Assembly: GCA_019244185.1 (NCBI GenBank)
Contig: JAFATB010000002.1
Span: 102,551 to 166,550, forward strand
Origin: Acidobacteriota bacterium
Lineage (GTDB): Bacteria; Acidobacteriota; Thermoanaerobaculia; Gp7-AA8
DNA length: 64,000 bases
Reading direction: 5' to 3'
The notes under the pieces are model-generated. The model searched no databases. It saw only the letters and a list, made by a program, of their open reading frames with translations, and was not told where the DNA came from. The translations under genes and the position numbers were made by a program. Shown here one piece after another: positions 28,655-38,701 of the stretch. Each line of letters begins with the position of its first letter. Within the stretch, counting starts at the first letter, position 1.

Positions 28655-29317
28655 TTATTTTTTGACGACCGAGGCCGCGGCGACCGACTCGAAGATCGTG
28701 TCGAGGTCGGCCTGCTGCTTCTTGTCCTTGAGCGCGGCCTTGCCGCTGCCGAGATCGACGGTGACGGTCGTGTCGAGCTGCTCGCGGTTCAGGCCCGGGA
28801 CGCTCTTGCCGTAGAACGTGAACGAGAAGTCGCGGAACGACTGGCCGGGCGCGAGCGTCGCGTTGGTGCGGCCTCCGTCTTCGACCGGCGCGCCGCCGGC
28901 GCTACGGCCGGACGCGGCGTACGAGCCCGGATCGGGAGGAGCGGCGTTGTAGTGATGCTTCGCGGCGCGGTCGTTGATCGCGACGCTCGCCGGCGCGCCG
29001 AAGAGCACGAGCATCTTGCCGCCGATCGTCTCCGAACCCTTGGTCTTGCCGAAGCTCAGGTACTTGTCGGCCATCGCGGCGCGCTTCTCGGTCTCGGCGA
29101 CGAACGCCTGTCCGCCGCGCTTGGCGACGAAGTCGTTCACGAAGGCTTCCGCTTCCTGATCGGTGGCGAGCTTGTCCCACTGCGCCTTCTCGGCCGCGGT
29201 CATGAAGTAAGCCTGCGGCGACTTGGCCCAGTCGACGTACTTCTGTCCTTGCGGCGCCGCCTGCATCGCGGCCGCAACCAGCATCGCGGACACCATCACG
29301 GTCATCGTGCGTTTCAT
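28655..29317 (-). CDS. Secreted GWxTD-like domain protein, paralogue 2
   Basis: SD AGGAGG; same motifs (GSETIGGK); C-terminus nearly identical to paralogue 3. Confidence 0.7.
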   Translation of the reverse strand: MKRTMTVMVSAMLVAAAMQAAPQGQKYVDWAKSPQAYFMTAAEKAQWDKLATDQEAEAFVNDFVAKRGGQAFVAETEKRAAMADKYLSFGKTKGSETIGGKMLVLFGAPASVAINDRAAKHHYNAAPPDPGSYAASGRSAGGAPVEDGGRTNATLAPGQSFRDFSFTFYGKSVPGLNREQLDTTVTVDLGSGKAALKDKKQQADLDTIFESVAAASVVKK

Positions 29318-29432
29318 GGATTTCTCCTCCTGCTGTCGGTCTACGCTGAAAAATGGGATCGCGCGATAGTACAAAGAACTGAGGCGCCGGAATTCCGGTG
29401 CCTGTGACAATCGAGCGAATTGTCGGGAGGAG

Positions 29433-30032
29433 CTACTCGACGATCGACGCGCGCGCGGCGGCCTCGAACGCATCGGCGAGACGCTGCTCCATGCGCGGAT
29501 CGCGGATGCGATCCCTGCCGCTGGAGGCAGCGACTTCGACGGAGACGTCGAGCCGCTCCTGCGGCAGCGACGGCGTGGTCTGCCGCGTGAACGTCATGAC
29601 GTAGATCTTCACGGAGCTATCGGCCGCGGCGGCGCCGCCACGCGCGATCGCGGTCGGATCGGGCTGCGCGGCTGCGCGCTTTGGCGGCTCCTGCACGGTC
29701 ATACTCGCGGGCGTGCCGAGGAGGATCAGCAGCTTGCCGCGCAGCGTGTCGGAGCCCTGCGTCTTGCCGACGGTGAGGAACTTGTTGGCCTGTTCGACGC
29801 GCTGCTCGACTTCCGCGCCGAAGCCTTTCGCGCGCTTGTTGAGAAAGCTCGCGATGAACGTCTCCGCTTCGGCCTCGGTCGACACGGTGCTCCACTGCTC
29901 GCGCTCGGCCTTGGTCATGAAGTACGCCTGCGCGCTGCGGCTCCAGTGCGCGAAGCGGCCGAGGTCCGCCGGCGCGGCGTTCATGGAGAACGCCAGCGCC
30001 AGCGTAATGACGATGACGAGCGAGCGCCGCAC
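29433..30032 (-). CDS. Secreted GWxTD-like domain protein, paralogue 1
   Basis: WSRSAQAYFMTKAEREQW, EVEQRVEQANKFL, GSDTLRGKLLILLGTP. Confidence 0.7.
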   Translation of the reverse strand: MRRSLVIVITLALAFSMNAAPADLGRFAHWSRSAQAYFMTKAEREQWSTVSTEAEAETFIASFLNKRAKGFGAEVEQRVEQANKFLTVGKTQGSDTLRGKLLILLGTPASMTVQEPPKRAAAQPDPTAIARGGAAAADSSVKIYVMTFTRQTTPSLPQERLDVSVEVAASSGRDRIRDPRMEQRLADAFEAAARASIVE

Positions 30033-30035
30033 GCG

Positions 30036-30599
30036 TCAGAACTCCGGCGCGATCAGGCCGAGGTTGTTGTCGCGGCGCTTGTAGATGACGGAGACGCGGT
30101 CGGTGTCGATGTCGCGGAAGACGATGAACTCGTTCTTCGACTCGTCGAGCCGCAGTGCCGCTTCCTCGATCGACATCGGACGGATGGAGATGTTGTTCGT
30201 CTTCACGATGCGCGGCGCGCGCTGCTGCGTTTCCTCGCGGAGCTGGCCCGGCTCGAGGACCTGCACGGCCCATTCGGTGACCTTGCGGCCGTTGCCTTCC
30301 TTGCGGTGATGGTCGCGGATCTTCTTGCGGTTCTTCTGGGCCTGGCGTTTCAGATGATCGAGGGCCGCGTTGATCGCGTCCTGCATCGAGTCATCCGACT
30401 CCTGCACGGTCTTGACGTCGTGTTCTTTGCCTTTGATGAGGATCTCGCAGATGTTGCGGTACTTCTCGACCTGCAGCACGACGCGCACGTCGATGACGTC
30501 GTCGAAGAGCTTCTCCTGAATCTTGGCGAGCTTCTTCTCGACCAGGTCGCGGATGTCGGGAGGGATCTCGTAATTGCGGCCGGAAATCTCGGTTGCCAT
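30036..30599 (-). CDS. hpf: Ribosome hibernation promoting factor, long form
   Basis: Follows rpoN. ISGRNYEI N-domain; C-terminal RPMSIEEAALRL....EFIVFR....VSVIYKRRD..LGLI. Confidence 0.92.
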   Translation of the reverse strand: MATEISGRNYEIPPDIRDLVEKKLAKIQEKLFDDVIDVRVVLQVEKYRNICEILIKGKEHDVKTVQESDDSMQDAINAALDHLKRQAQKNRKKIRDHHRKEGNGRKVTEWAVQVLEPGQLREETQQRAPRIVKTNNISIRPMSIEEAALRLDESKNEFIVFRDIDTDRVSVIYKRRDNNLGLIAPEF

Positions 30600-30613
30600 G
30601 ACTACACCTCGAA

Positions 30614-32065
30614 CTAAAAGATTTGTTTGCGGTCCGTGGACGACGGGATGTTCAGCTCGTCGCGATACTTCGCCACGGTCCGGCGGGCGATGTTGATCCC
30701 CTCGTCGTTGAGGATCTTCATGATCTTCGAGTCGCTGAGGGGCTTCCGCGGGTCCTCGTTCTCGATGTAGCCCTGAATCTTCTTCTTCACCGTGAGGGAC
30801 GAGATGTCCTCGCCCGTATCGGAGTCGATTCCGCTGTGGAAGAAGTACTTCATCAGAAAGAGGCCGCGCGGCGTGTGCATGTACTTGTTGGACACGACGC
30901 GGGAGACGGTGGACTCGTGCATCTGGATGTCGTCGGCGACGTCGCGCAGCACGAGCGGGCGGAGGAAGTCGATGCCGCGCTCGAGGAACTCGCGCTGGTG
31001 TTTGACGATCGACTCGGCCACCTTGTAGATCGTCCGCTGGCGCTGGTCGAGCGACTTGATGAGCCAGACCGCGGAGCGGATCTTGTCTTTGATGTAGTTG
31101 ACGGTCTCGCCGTCGGACTTCGAGTCCATCGAGTTGAGCATGGCGCGATAGCCGCCGTTGATGCGCAGCTTGGGCATGCCGTCCTCGTTGAGGACGATCA
31201 CGTATTCGTCGCTGACCTTGTGCACGTAGACGTCGGGCTCGACGTAGATCGCTCGCTCATTGGAGTATTTCCTCCCCGGCTTCGGATCGAGATGCTTGAT
31301 CAGCTCGACCACGCTCTCGAGCGTCTTGAGGTCGATGCCGAGCGTCTTCGCGAGCGGAACGAACTTCCGCTGCATGAACTCGTCCCAGTGGTCGCGCACG
31401 ATGACGTCGACGAGCGGCGCATCGAGCTCGAGGAAGTGCAGCTGAAGGAGGAGGCATTCGCGCAGATCGCGCGCGCCGACGCCGATCGGGTCGAGCGACT
31501 GCACCGCGCTCACGGCCTTCTCGACTTCGTCGGCCGGATAGCCGCCGGACGCCATGATCTCCTCGTCGCTGGCGCGGAGATAGCCGTCTTCATCGATGTT
31601 GCCGATGATGAACTGCGCGATCTCTTTGGTGCGCGGCGAGGCGTCGGACATCGACAGCTGCCAGGTGAGGTGATCGGAGAGGTTCGGCGGCCGCGTGAGC
31701 GTGTTCTCGATGGGGAACTCTTCATGTTCCTCCCCCATCCCCCGCGGGTTGTAGCCGTACTCGATGTAGTCCTGAAAGTACGCGTCGTAGTCGATCTCGT
31801 CGAAGGAGTCTTTCTCCTTCTCTTTCGTCTCGACTTTCGGCGCTTCCTCGGTCTCGCTCTTCGCTTCCGCTTCTTCCGCGGGCGTCTCCTCGGCCTTCGC
31901 CTCTTCGGCGGTCTCCTCGAGGAGCGGGTTTTCGAGCAGCTCCTGGTTGAGCACTTCCTGGAGCTCGAGTTTCGAGAGCTGCAGCAGCTTGATCGCCTGC
32001 TGCAGCGACGGCGTCATGATCAGCTTTTGGCTGAGTTTTAGATGAAGCTTCTGTTCAAGTGCCAT
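30614..32065 (-). CDS. rpoN: RNA polymerase sigma-54 factor
   Basis: MTPSLQQAIKLLQL, DPIGVGARDLRECL, MHESTVSRV, RpoN box ARRTVAKYR. Confidence 0.98.
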   Translation of the reverse strand: MALEQKLHLKLSQKLIMTPSLQQAIKLLQLSKLELQEVLNQELLENPLLEETAEEAKAEETPAEEAEAKSETEEAPKVETKEKEKDSFDEIDYDAYFQDYIEYGYNPRGMGEEHEEFPIENTLTRPPNLSDHLTWQLSMSDASPRTKEIAQFIIGNIDEDGYLRASDEEIMASGGYPADEVEKAVSAVQSLDPIGVGARDLRECLLLQLHFLELDAPLVDVIVRDHWDEFMQRKFVPLAKTLGIDLKTLESVVELIKHLDPKPGRKYSNERAIYVEPDVYVHKVSDEYVIVLNEDGMPKLRINGGYRAMLNSMDSKSDGETVNYIKDKIRSAVWLIKSLDQRQRTIYKVAESIVKHQREFLERGIDFLRPLVLRDVADDIQMHESTVSRVVSNKYMHTPRGLFLMKYFFHSGIDSDTGEDISSLTVKKKIQGYIENEDPRKPLSDSKIMKILNDEGINIARRTVAKYRDELNIPSSTDRKQIF

Positions 32066-32098
32066 GGTCCGGTGGGGTACTGCTTCTCGCGGCCTCGC

Positions 32099-32857
32099 TC
32101 AGTTCAGATTGAAAGTCTCACCCAGGTAGATACGCCGGACCTCCGCGTCGGCCGAGAGGCTTTCCGGTTCTCCCTGCCGGAAGATCTCCCCTTCTTTGAT
32201 GATATAGGCGCGATCTGTGATCTTCAAAGTTTCCCGTACGTTATGGTCGGTGATGAGGATCCCGATCCCGCGGGCGCGGAGTTGCGACACGATGCGCTGA
32301 ATCTCGAAGACCGCGATTGGATCGATTCCTGCAAACGGCTCATCTAGCAAGATGAATGCCGGATTGATCGCGAGGCTCCGCGCGATCTCCACGCGCCGCC
32401 GCTCCCCTCCCGACAATGCATACGCCCGGCTCCGCGCGATGTGCGTGATGCCGAACTCCTCGAGCAGCTGCCGCGTACGGCGCTGACGCTCCGCGAGCGG
32501 AAGGTTCATCGTCTCGAAGACCGAGAGCAGATTCTCTTCGACGGTGAGCTTGCGGAACACGGACGCTTCCTGCGGCAGATAGCTGATGCCGCGCTGCGCG
32601 CGGAGATACATCGGCAGCGACGTGATGTCGTCGTCGCCCAGCGCCACCGTTCCGCCGTCGGGACGCACGAGGCCGACGATCATGTAGAACGTCGTCGTCT
32701 TGCCCGCGCCGTTCGGGCCGAGGAGACCGACAATCTCGCCTTGCGCGATGTCCACCGAGACGTCGCGCACCACGCGGCGGCCCTTGTACACCTTCACGAG
32801 ATGCGTCGCCGTGAGGCGGAGCGGGGCGGCAACGGCGGCGTTGGGCGCGTCAGGCAT
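32099..32857 (-). CDS. lptB: LPS export ABC ATPase
   Basis: [58 protein letters not shown]. Confidence 0.97.
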   Translation of the reverse strand: MPDAPNAAVAAPLRLTATHLVKVYKGRRVVRDVSVDIAQGEIVGLLGPNGAGKTTTFYMIVGLVRPDGGTVALGDDDITSLPMYLRAQRGISYLPQEASVFRKLTVEENLLSVFETMNLPLAERQRRTRQLLEEFGITHIARSRAYALSGGERRRVEIARSLAINPAFILLDEPFAGIDPIAVFEIQRIVSQLRARGIGILITDHNVRETLKITDRAYIIKEGEIFRQGEPESLSADAEVRRIYLGETFNLN

Positions 32858-32897
32858 GCGCGCGGAGATTACATCAGAAGTCGCGCCAGCCGCCGCA

Positions 32898-34856
32898 TCA
32901 GCCGTCGTGCTTGTACGTCCCTTTCGTCTGACCGGCGGGACTGACGACCTGCACTTTGTTCTTCGTGAGATCGAAGACGATCTGCTGCCCGGTCACCGAG
33001 CCGGTCGGATCCGTCACCGTCGCGGGCGAGCCGAAGAAGTAGATCATCTTCTTGTCGACGTAGTACGTGGCCTTGTCGCCGGTGCCTTTGCGCTGCGTCG
33101 GCGCCTCCGCGACGTTGACCGCGTTCTCCGCTTCGATGCGCTGGATCTTGTGATTCTCATCGAGGTAGAACGACGCCTTCTCCGACTTCAGCGTGCGCGT
33201 CTCGTCGACGATCGTGACCTTGTTGAGCAAATCGATGCGCCGGTCGTTCTTCCTCGCCACCAGCTGCTCGCTCGTCGATTCGACCGGCGTCTTCCGCGCC
33301 TCGGTGCCCGTGTTGTAGAGCAGCGTGCGCACGCCGCCGCGCGCCGTGATCTGGTCGCCGCTGCCGATGACCTGCAGTTCCGCCGCGAGAATCGTGTTCG
33401 TGTCCTGCCACGCGCGCACGTTGCCCGAGAACACCGCGCTCTTGTCCGCCTGCCGCATCACCACCTGATCGGAGTTGACGAAGACCGGCTTGCCCGATGG
33501 GAAGAGACTCGTCGACTCGGCCGTCGCCGCTTTCCCCTTCGACGCGAGCTGCGCGATGACCGAGCCGGTCGCGCGCGCGGTCTGTGCCTTCGGCGAGAAT
33601 TCAATTTGCTTCGCTTTGAGCGTCGAGCCGTCGGAGACGACCGTCGCCTGCCAGCCGGGATCGGTCGTGAGCACGACGCGGTCGTTGACGATGTCGTAGT
33701 TCGCGCGGAACGCCGACGCGGTCGTGCGCGGATCGGTGTAGTGGAACGCGCCTTCGAGCAGCGCCGTCGACGCGTGGTGCGCGTTCTGGTCGAACCACAC
33801 CGTGGCGTGCTCGGCCTGGATCTGCCGCGGCGTCTCGCCGAGCTCTTTCATCACCACCTGCCAGTCGGCGCGGATCTCGGAGACCGCTTTGTTCGCGAGC
33901 GCGATGCGAAACGTGCGCGCGACGATGTCGCGCTTCGGCGGGCCGTCGAGGATCGCGTGCACCGGCGCGGGTCCGCTGCTCGTCGCATTGATGGCGCTGA
34001 TCTGGCCGTCGCCGCCGACTTCGGTGAAGAAGCCGTCGGAGAGGATCTCCTTGCGTCCGCCGAGGTTCTCGCCGGGGCCGGGCGCGGCGGACATCACGAT
34101 GTCGCAGTGGCCGGTGCCCTGCAGCCCGACGAGATGCTTGCGGTCCTGCGTGAAGCGGCCGATGACGTAGTCGGATTTGACGACGTCGGCGACGCGCGTC
34201 ATCTCGACGTTCCGCTGGAACTCGACGATGTTCTCGCGCCGCTTGAACATGCTCTCGTCTCCCTTGAGCGTCATCGGCGCCTCGGCCGGCGTCGCGGGAG
34301 TCATCACGGCGCTGACGTTCTTGAAGAGGCGCAGCGTCTCGCCCTGCACGTCGAGGTCGAGCGCGCCGGCGTTGCCGTTCCAGCGGTCGACGCGGAACTG
34401 CACGGGGATGTCGTTCGTGAGGCGGCTGCCGTCGTAGTGGATCTCGGCCGTGCGGATCTCGACGTTGTCGCTCGACACCACGCGCACGCCGCCTTTCGCC
34501 TCCGCTTCTTTCGTCTGGCTGTTGAACTGCGCCTGCGGACAGGAGAGGTCGTACGTGAGGCCGTTCGGCCGATACAGCGTGAGCGCGACGTTCTCGAGCG
34601 TCGTCCAGCCCGACGCGTAGCCGACGACGCGCTGCGCGCGAATGCGCGCGACGACCCGGCCGCCGATCGTCTGCACGTCTTCGAAGGTGCGCGACTCCGC
34701 GAGCGGTCGCTCGCCGTTACGCGACGACGCGACCGGCTGGCCGCCGCTGCGGTCGCGCTGGGAACTCGTCTTCTTGAAGTTGAAGTAGATGATCGCGATG
34801 AACGCGACGATCGCGAGCGGCAGCGCCACGCGGAGGACTCGGATGGTGCGCTGCAT
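32898..34856 (-). CDS. lptC: LptC-LptA fused multi-jellyroll LPS transport protein
   Basis: N-terminal TM helix followed by repeated OstA-like beta-jellyroll segments ([24 protein letters not shown]). Directly upstream of lptB. Confidence 0.8.
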   Translation of the reverse strand: MQRTIRVLRVALPLAIVAFIAIIYFNFKKTSSQRDRSGGQPVASSRNGERPLAESRTFEDVQTIGGRVVARIRAQRVVGYASGWTTLENVALTLYRPNGLTYDLSCPQAQFNSQTKEAEAKGGVRVVSSDNVEIRTAEIHYDGSRLTNDIPVQFRVDRWNGNAGALDLDVQGETLRLFKNVSAVMTPATPAEAPMTLKGDESMFKRRENIVEFQRNVEMTRVADVVKSDYVIGRFTQDRKHLVGLQGTGHCDIVMSAAPGPGENLGGRKEILSDGFFTEVGGDGQISAINATSSGPAPVHAILDGPPKRDIVARTFRIALANKAVSEIRADWQVVMKELGETPRQIQAEHATVWFDQNAHHASTALLEGAFHYTDPRTTASAFRANYDIVNDRVVLTTDPGWQATVVSDGSTLKAKQIEFSPKAQTARATGSVIAQLASKGKAATAESTSLFPSGKPVFVNSDQVVMRQADKSAVFSGNVRAWQDTNTILAAELQVIGSGDQITARGGVRTLLYNTGTEARKTPVESTSEQLVARKNDRRIDLLNKVTIVDETRTLKSEKASFYLDENHKIQRIEAENAVNVAEAPTQRKGTGDKATYYVDKKMIYFFGSPATVTDPTGSVTGQQIVFDLTKNKVQVVSPAGQTKGTYKHDG

Positions 34857-34926
34857 GTCGTTGCGCCGTAACACCTTTGCCACGAAATTCGTTCCGGCGA
34901 CTCAGTATTGTGAAGGAGACACGAAC

Positions 34927-35346
34927 ATGCGCCGCGCTACGATCACGCTCATCGCCGCCACCCTGCTTTGCGCAACCGGTGCCGCCCCGCAGGAAGACCC
35001 CGACATCGCCGCCATTCTCAAGCAAATCAAGGGCAAGGAAGATCGTCCCGCCTCCGAGGTCTTTCACAACGTGAAGCTCCTGCAGGACCTCTCCGCCACG
35101 CGCCTCCTCCGCACGATGGACGGCTTCAACCGCGCCCTCGGCACCAGCTGCGATTACTGCCACGTCGACGATCGCTGGGAGGCCGACGACAAGCGCCCGA
35201 AACGCGCCGCGCGCGAGATGCTCGTGATGACCCGCGGCATCAACGAGCAGCTCGGCAAGATGACCGAGATCGACGAGTCGGAAGCGTCGGTGCAGTGCGT
35301 CACGTGCCACCGCGCGCACGTGAAGCCGGCCGAAGGCATTCGCTAG
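34927..35346 (+). CDS. Small secreted di-haem c-type cytochrome (PufC/RC cytochrome-like repeat)
   Basis: SD AAGGAG; signal peptide; CDYCH and CVTCH; NVKLL, M..F..ALG, K..AR.M..M...IN pattern. Confidence 0.85.
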   Translation: MRRATITLIAATLLCATGAAPQEDPDIAAILKQIKGKEDRPASEVFHNVKLLQDLSATRLLRTMDGFNRALGTSCDYCHVDDRWEADDKRPKRAAREMLVMTRGINEQLGKMTEIDESEASVQCVTCHRAHVKPAEGIR

Positions 35347-35356
35347 TCGCGACCGC

Positions 35357-37015
35357 TCACGCGGCGCGGCTGTCGACGATCTCGAGGCGCGCGGTCGTGT
35401 AGCGATCCGGCTCGATCTTCACCAGCAGATCGAGCGGCCCGCGCACGAGCTCCGGCGCGAGCACCTTCGCGCTCGGCCAGAGCACCGCCGTCCCGCGCCC
35501 GGTCGCGTCTTCGAGCGCGAGCTCGCAACAGTCGTCGGCGAACGTCCGCGTGCCGACGACGGACACGCCGCGCACGGCGAAGAGCGGCTGCGGGTTGCCC
35601 GCGCCGAACGGCTGCAGCTGTTCGTGCGCGGCGACGAATTCCGGATCGATCTCCGCGAGCGTCACGCACGCGTCGACGCGCGCCTCGCGGCGGAAACGCG
35701 CCTCGTCGAGCTCATCGAACTGCGCCGCGAGCCGCGCGCGTAAAGCGCCGAGGTTCCGAAGCTCGAGCGAGAAGCCGCATGCGAACTCGTGGCCGCCGAA
35801 ATGCGTGAAGAGCTCGTGGACGCGCTCGAGCTGCGCGTGCAGATCGATGGTCGGGATGCTGCGCGCGGAGCCGATGACGGCGTCGCCTTCGACCGTCATC
35901 ACGAGCGTCGGGCGGTGGGTCTTCTGCGCGATGCGGCCTGCCGTGAGCCCGAGGACGCCGCGATGCCAGCCTTCGCCGGCGAGCAGCAGCACGCGCTCGG
36001 AGCCGCCGATTTGCGACTCCGCGGCGGCGCGGACGTCTTTTTCCACTTGCTGGCGTTCGGCGTTCATCCGATCGAGCTCCGCGCAGATCTCCCACGCCGC
36101 GTCTTCGTCGACCGCCGCGAAGAGTTCGATGGCCGTGTTCGCGGAGGCGAGCCGGCCCGCGGCGTTGATGCGCGGCCCGATCTTGAAGCCGACGTCGACC
36201 GAGCGCAGCGGACGTCCTGCCAGCCCTAAGCGTTTCAGCAGAGCGCGCAGGCCGGGGTTCCGCACGTCCGCAAGGCCGGCCAGACCTAAGGCCGCAATGG
36301 TGCGGTTCTCGCCGACGAGCGGCGCGACGTCCGCGATCGTGCCGATGGCCGCGATCTTCAGCAGCGAGTCGATGGAGATCTTCCGGCCGTGCCGCCGGAT
36401 CAACTCGCAGCAGAGCTTGAACGCGACGCCGACGCCCGCTAGGTCTTTGAACGGATAGGTGCAACCGGGCTGCTTCGGATTGAGCACGGCCGCCGCGTCG
36501 GGCAGCGTGCCGGGCGGGAGGTGGTGGTCGGTGATGATGACGTCGATTCCGCGGTCGAGCGCGCGCTTCACCGGCTCGACGCTGGTGATGCCGCAGTCGA
36601 CCGTGATGACGAGCTTCACGTTGCGCTCGGCGAGCACGCGGTCGAGGACTTCGGTCTTGAGGCCGTAGCCGTCGACGAGCCGGTGCGGCACCACAAAGCC
36701 CGCGTCCGCGCCGAGCGCGCGCAGCACCGTCTGCAGCAGGACGATCGAGGTCACGCCGTCGACGTCGTAGTCGCCGTAAATCACGATCGCTTCGCCGTCA
36801 CGAATCGCCCGCCCGATCCGCTCGCACGCGTGCGACATCCCGTGAATCGTCGAAGGATCGTGCAGATCCTCCGCCCCCGGCGCCACGAACTTGCGATACG
36901 CATCGACGTCGTCGATCCCCCGCCGGATGAACAACGCCCGCAACGCAGGATGCGCGACCGGAATGCGCAAGTTGTCAGCAGGAGGCTCGAGAAAGGTCCA
37001 GACGTCGTGGATCAC
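35357..37015 (-). CDS. recJ: Single-stranded DNA exonuclease RecJ
   Basis: YGDYDVDG, R..DGYGL, ITVDCG, TDHH, GTIADV, PRINAAGRL, GSARS, GGH, QPFGAGNPQP. Confidence 0.96.
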   Translation of the reverse strand: MIHDVWTFLEPPADNLRIPVAHPALRALFIRRGIDDVDAYRKFVAPGAEDLHDPSTIHGMSHACERIGRAIRDGEAIVIYGDYDVDGVTSIVLLQTVLRALGADAGFVVPHRLVDGYGLKTEVLDRVLAERNVKLVITVDCGITSVEPVKRALDRGIDVIITDHHLPPGTLPDAAAVLNPKQPGCTYPFKDLAGVGVAFKLCCELIRRHGRKISIDSLLKIAAIGTIADVAPLVGENRTIAALGLAGLADVRNPGLRALLKRLGLAGRPLRSVDVGFKIGPRINAAGRLASANTAIELFAAVDEDAAWEICAELDRMNAERQQVEKDVRAAAESQIGGSERVLLLAGEGWHRGVLGLTAGRIAQKTHRPTLVMTVEGDAVIGSARSIPTIDLHAQLERVHELFTHFGGHEFACGFSLELRNLGALRARLAAQFDELDEARFRREARVDACVTLAEIDPEFVAAHEQLQPFGAGNPQPLFAVRGVSVVGTRTFADDCCELALEDATGRGTAVLWPSAKVLAPELVRGPLDLLVKIEPDRYTTARLEIVDSRAA

Positions 37016-37069
37016 GTGGGATCAGAGTAACGCATGGACGCGCGCTGCAGGAGGCGCACGCCGTGGAAT

Positions 37070-37732
37070 CTACTCCTCGTAGCGCGCGAGGAAGTCGTTC
37101 ACCGCCTCCGCGTGCGTGATGTTGAACAGATGACCGGCTTCGGCGACGACGCGATCCGGCATCACGCGACGAACGGGAATCACGCGATCGCGCTCTCCAT
37201 GCACGTGGCGAATCGGCATCGGCAGTCGATCGACGCCCGCCCACGAGAACACCGCGCGCGACGCCCATCGGACGAATGACGGCGAAGTCGCGGTCAGCAT
37301 CTCCGCAAACAGCGCGACGTGACGCGGCTCGCGCGCACCAAACCAGCGCGCAACGAGCGGCAGCAACAAGCGCGGCGGATGCAGCAGTCGATCGGGCGCC
37401 ACTGCCGCGAGCGAGCGAAGCGCGCGCAGCAGCGGCGCGACCGCATTGCGCGAACGGCAACTGCCAAACAGAAACACCTGCCGCGGCGCGAGGTGCCGCG
37501 CAAGCTCGAGCGCCACCATGCCGCCGAACGACGCGCCGCCGAGATCGAACGGCTCATCGAACGCAAGCTCGCGCGCGAGCCGCGCCGCGTAATGCGACAA
37601 GGTCTCCCCCGCATCGACCGGCGCGATCCAGCGGATCGGCCGAATCTCGCGAACCGCGCGCTGCGCGTCGAACAATCGTTCGTCCGCGCCGATCCCGGAA
37701 AGTACGAAGAGCGGCCGCGCCACGCGCGCCAT
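37070..37732 (-). CDS. Alpha/beta-fold hydrolase
   Basis: SGIGADERLF, nucleophile GASFGG, HGERDRVIP, AGHL. Confidence 0.85.
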   Translation of the reverse strand: MARVARPLFVLSGIGADERLFDAQRAVREIRPIRWIAPVDAGETLSHYAARLARELAFDEPFDLGGASFGGMVALELARHLAPRQVFLFGSCRSRNAVAPLLRALRSLAAVAPDRLLHPPRLLLPLVARWFGAREPRHVALFAEMLTATSPSFVRWASRAVFSWAGVDRLPMPIRHVHGERDRVIPVRRVMPDRVVAEAGHLFNITHAEAVNDFLARYEE

Positions 37733-38005
37733 CGTAACGAAGCGCCATCAAGTCAGCTCGAACGAACTCGCGCGCCGCGGGAGGCGCTGATTCCCCGGAT
37801 GCTCGGCCGCATGGCACCCGCGGCAACGCAACCGCAGGTTCGCAAGGTCGTGCCATCGGCCATCGCGAACGCGCCGCACCTGGTGCACGTCCGAGCCGCA
37901 CACGCGCCACCTTCCGTCCGCGCACGACCGACGGGACGCATTCGCATGCGCGGCACGGTTGTAGAGCTGAGTTGCTGAAGGCCGACTGTGCCGCGTAGAA
38001 CCGGC

Positions 38006-38701
38006 CTACACGATTCTGCCGTCGCGCAGACGGATCACCCTCGCCGCTTCCTGCGCGACGTCGTCTTCGTGGGTGACCATGATGATGGAGTTGCCGCGGC
38101 GGTGGAGCTCCTGGAAGAGGTCGAGGATTTCGCGGCCGGTCTGGGAGTCGAGGTTGCCGGTCGGCTCGTCGGCGAGGAGCAGCGACGGGCGGTTGACGAG
38201 GGCGCGGGCGATGGCGACGCGTTGGCGCTGGCCGCCGGAGAGCTCGTTCGGCTGGTGGTTCATGCGCTCGGCGAGTCCCACCGCCACGAGCGCTTCCTCG
38301 GCGAGCTGGCGGCGTTCGTTGCGGGGGATCTTCGCGTAGACGAGCGGCAGCTCGACGTTCTGCAGCGCGGTCGTGCGCGCGAGGAGGTTGAACGTCTGGA
38401 AGACGAAGCCGATCTTCTTGTTGCGCACGGCGGCGAGCGCGTCGTCGTCCATCGACTCGACGGGAACGCCGTCGAGCAGATACGAGCCGGAGCTCGGCGT
38501 GTCGAGGCAGCCGATGACGTTCATCAGCGTCGACTTGCCCGAGCCGGACGGTCCCATGATGGCGACGTACTCGCCGGGATCGATGGTGAGATTGACGCCG
38601 CGCAACGCGAAGATCTGCTGCGGGCCGAGGTCGTACACGCGCGTGAGCTCGCGCATTTCGATGAGGTGCGCGCCCTGCTGTTGGGGAACTGCGGCGGTCA
38701 T
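38006..38701 (-). CDS. MacB/LolD-type ABC ATP-binding protein
   Basis: [48 protein letters not shown]. Confidence 0.95.
   Translation of the reverse strand: MTAAVPQQQGAHLIEMRELTRVYDLGPQQIFALRGVNLTIDPGEYVAIMGPSGSGKSTLMNVIGCLDTPSSGSYLLDGVPVESMDDDALAAVRNKKIGFVFQTFNLLARTTALQNVELPLVYAKIPRNERRQLAEEALVAVGLAERMNHQPNELSGGQRQRVAIARALVNRPSLLLADEPTGNLDSQTGREILDLFQELHRRGNSIIMVTHEDDVAQEAARVIRLRDGRIV

Noticed and set aside
34927-35346. Evidence for phototrophy from the PufC-like cytochrome
   Set aside because: Only two haem motifs, and no reaction-centre or bacteriochlorophyll genes in the window.
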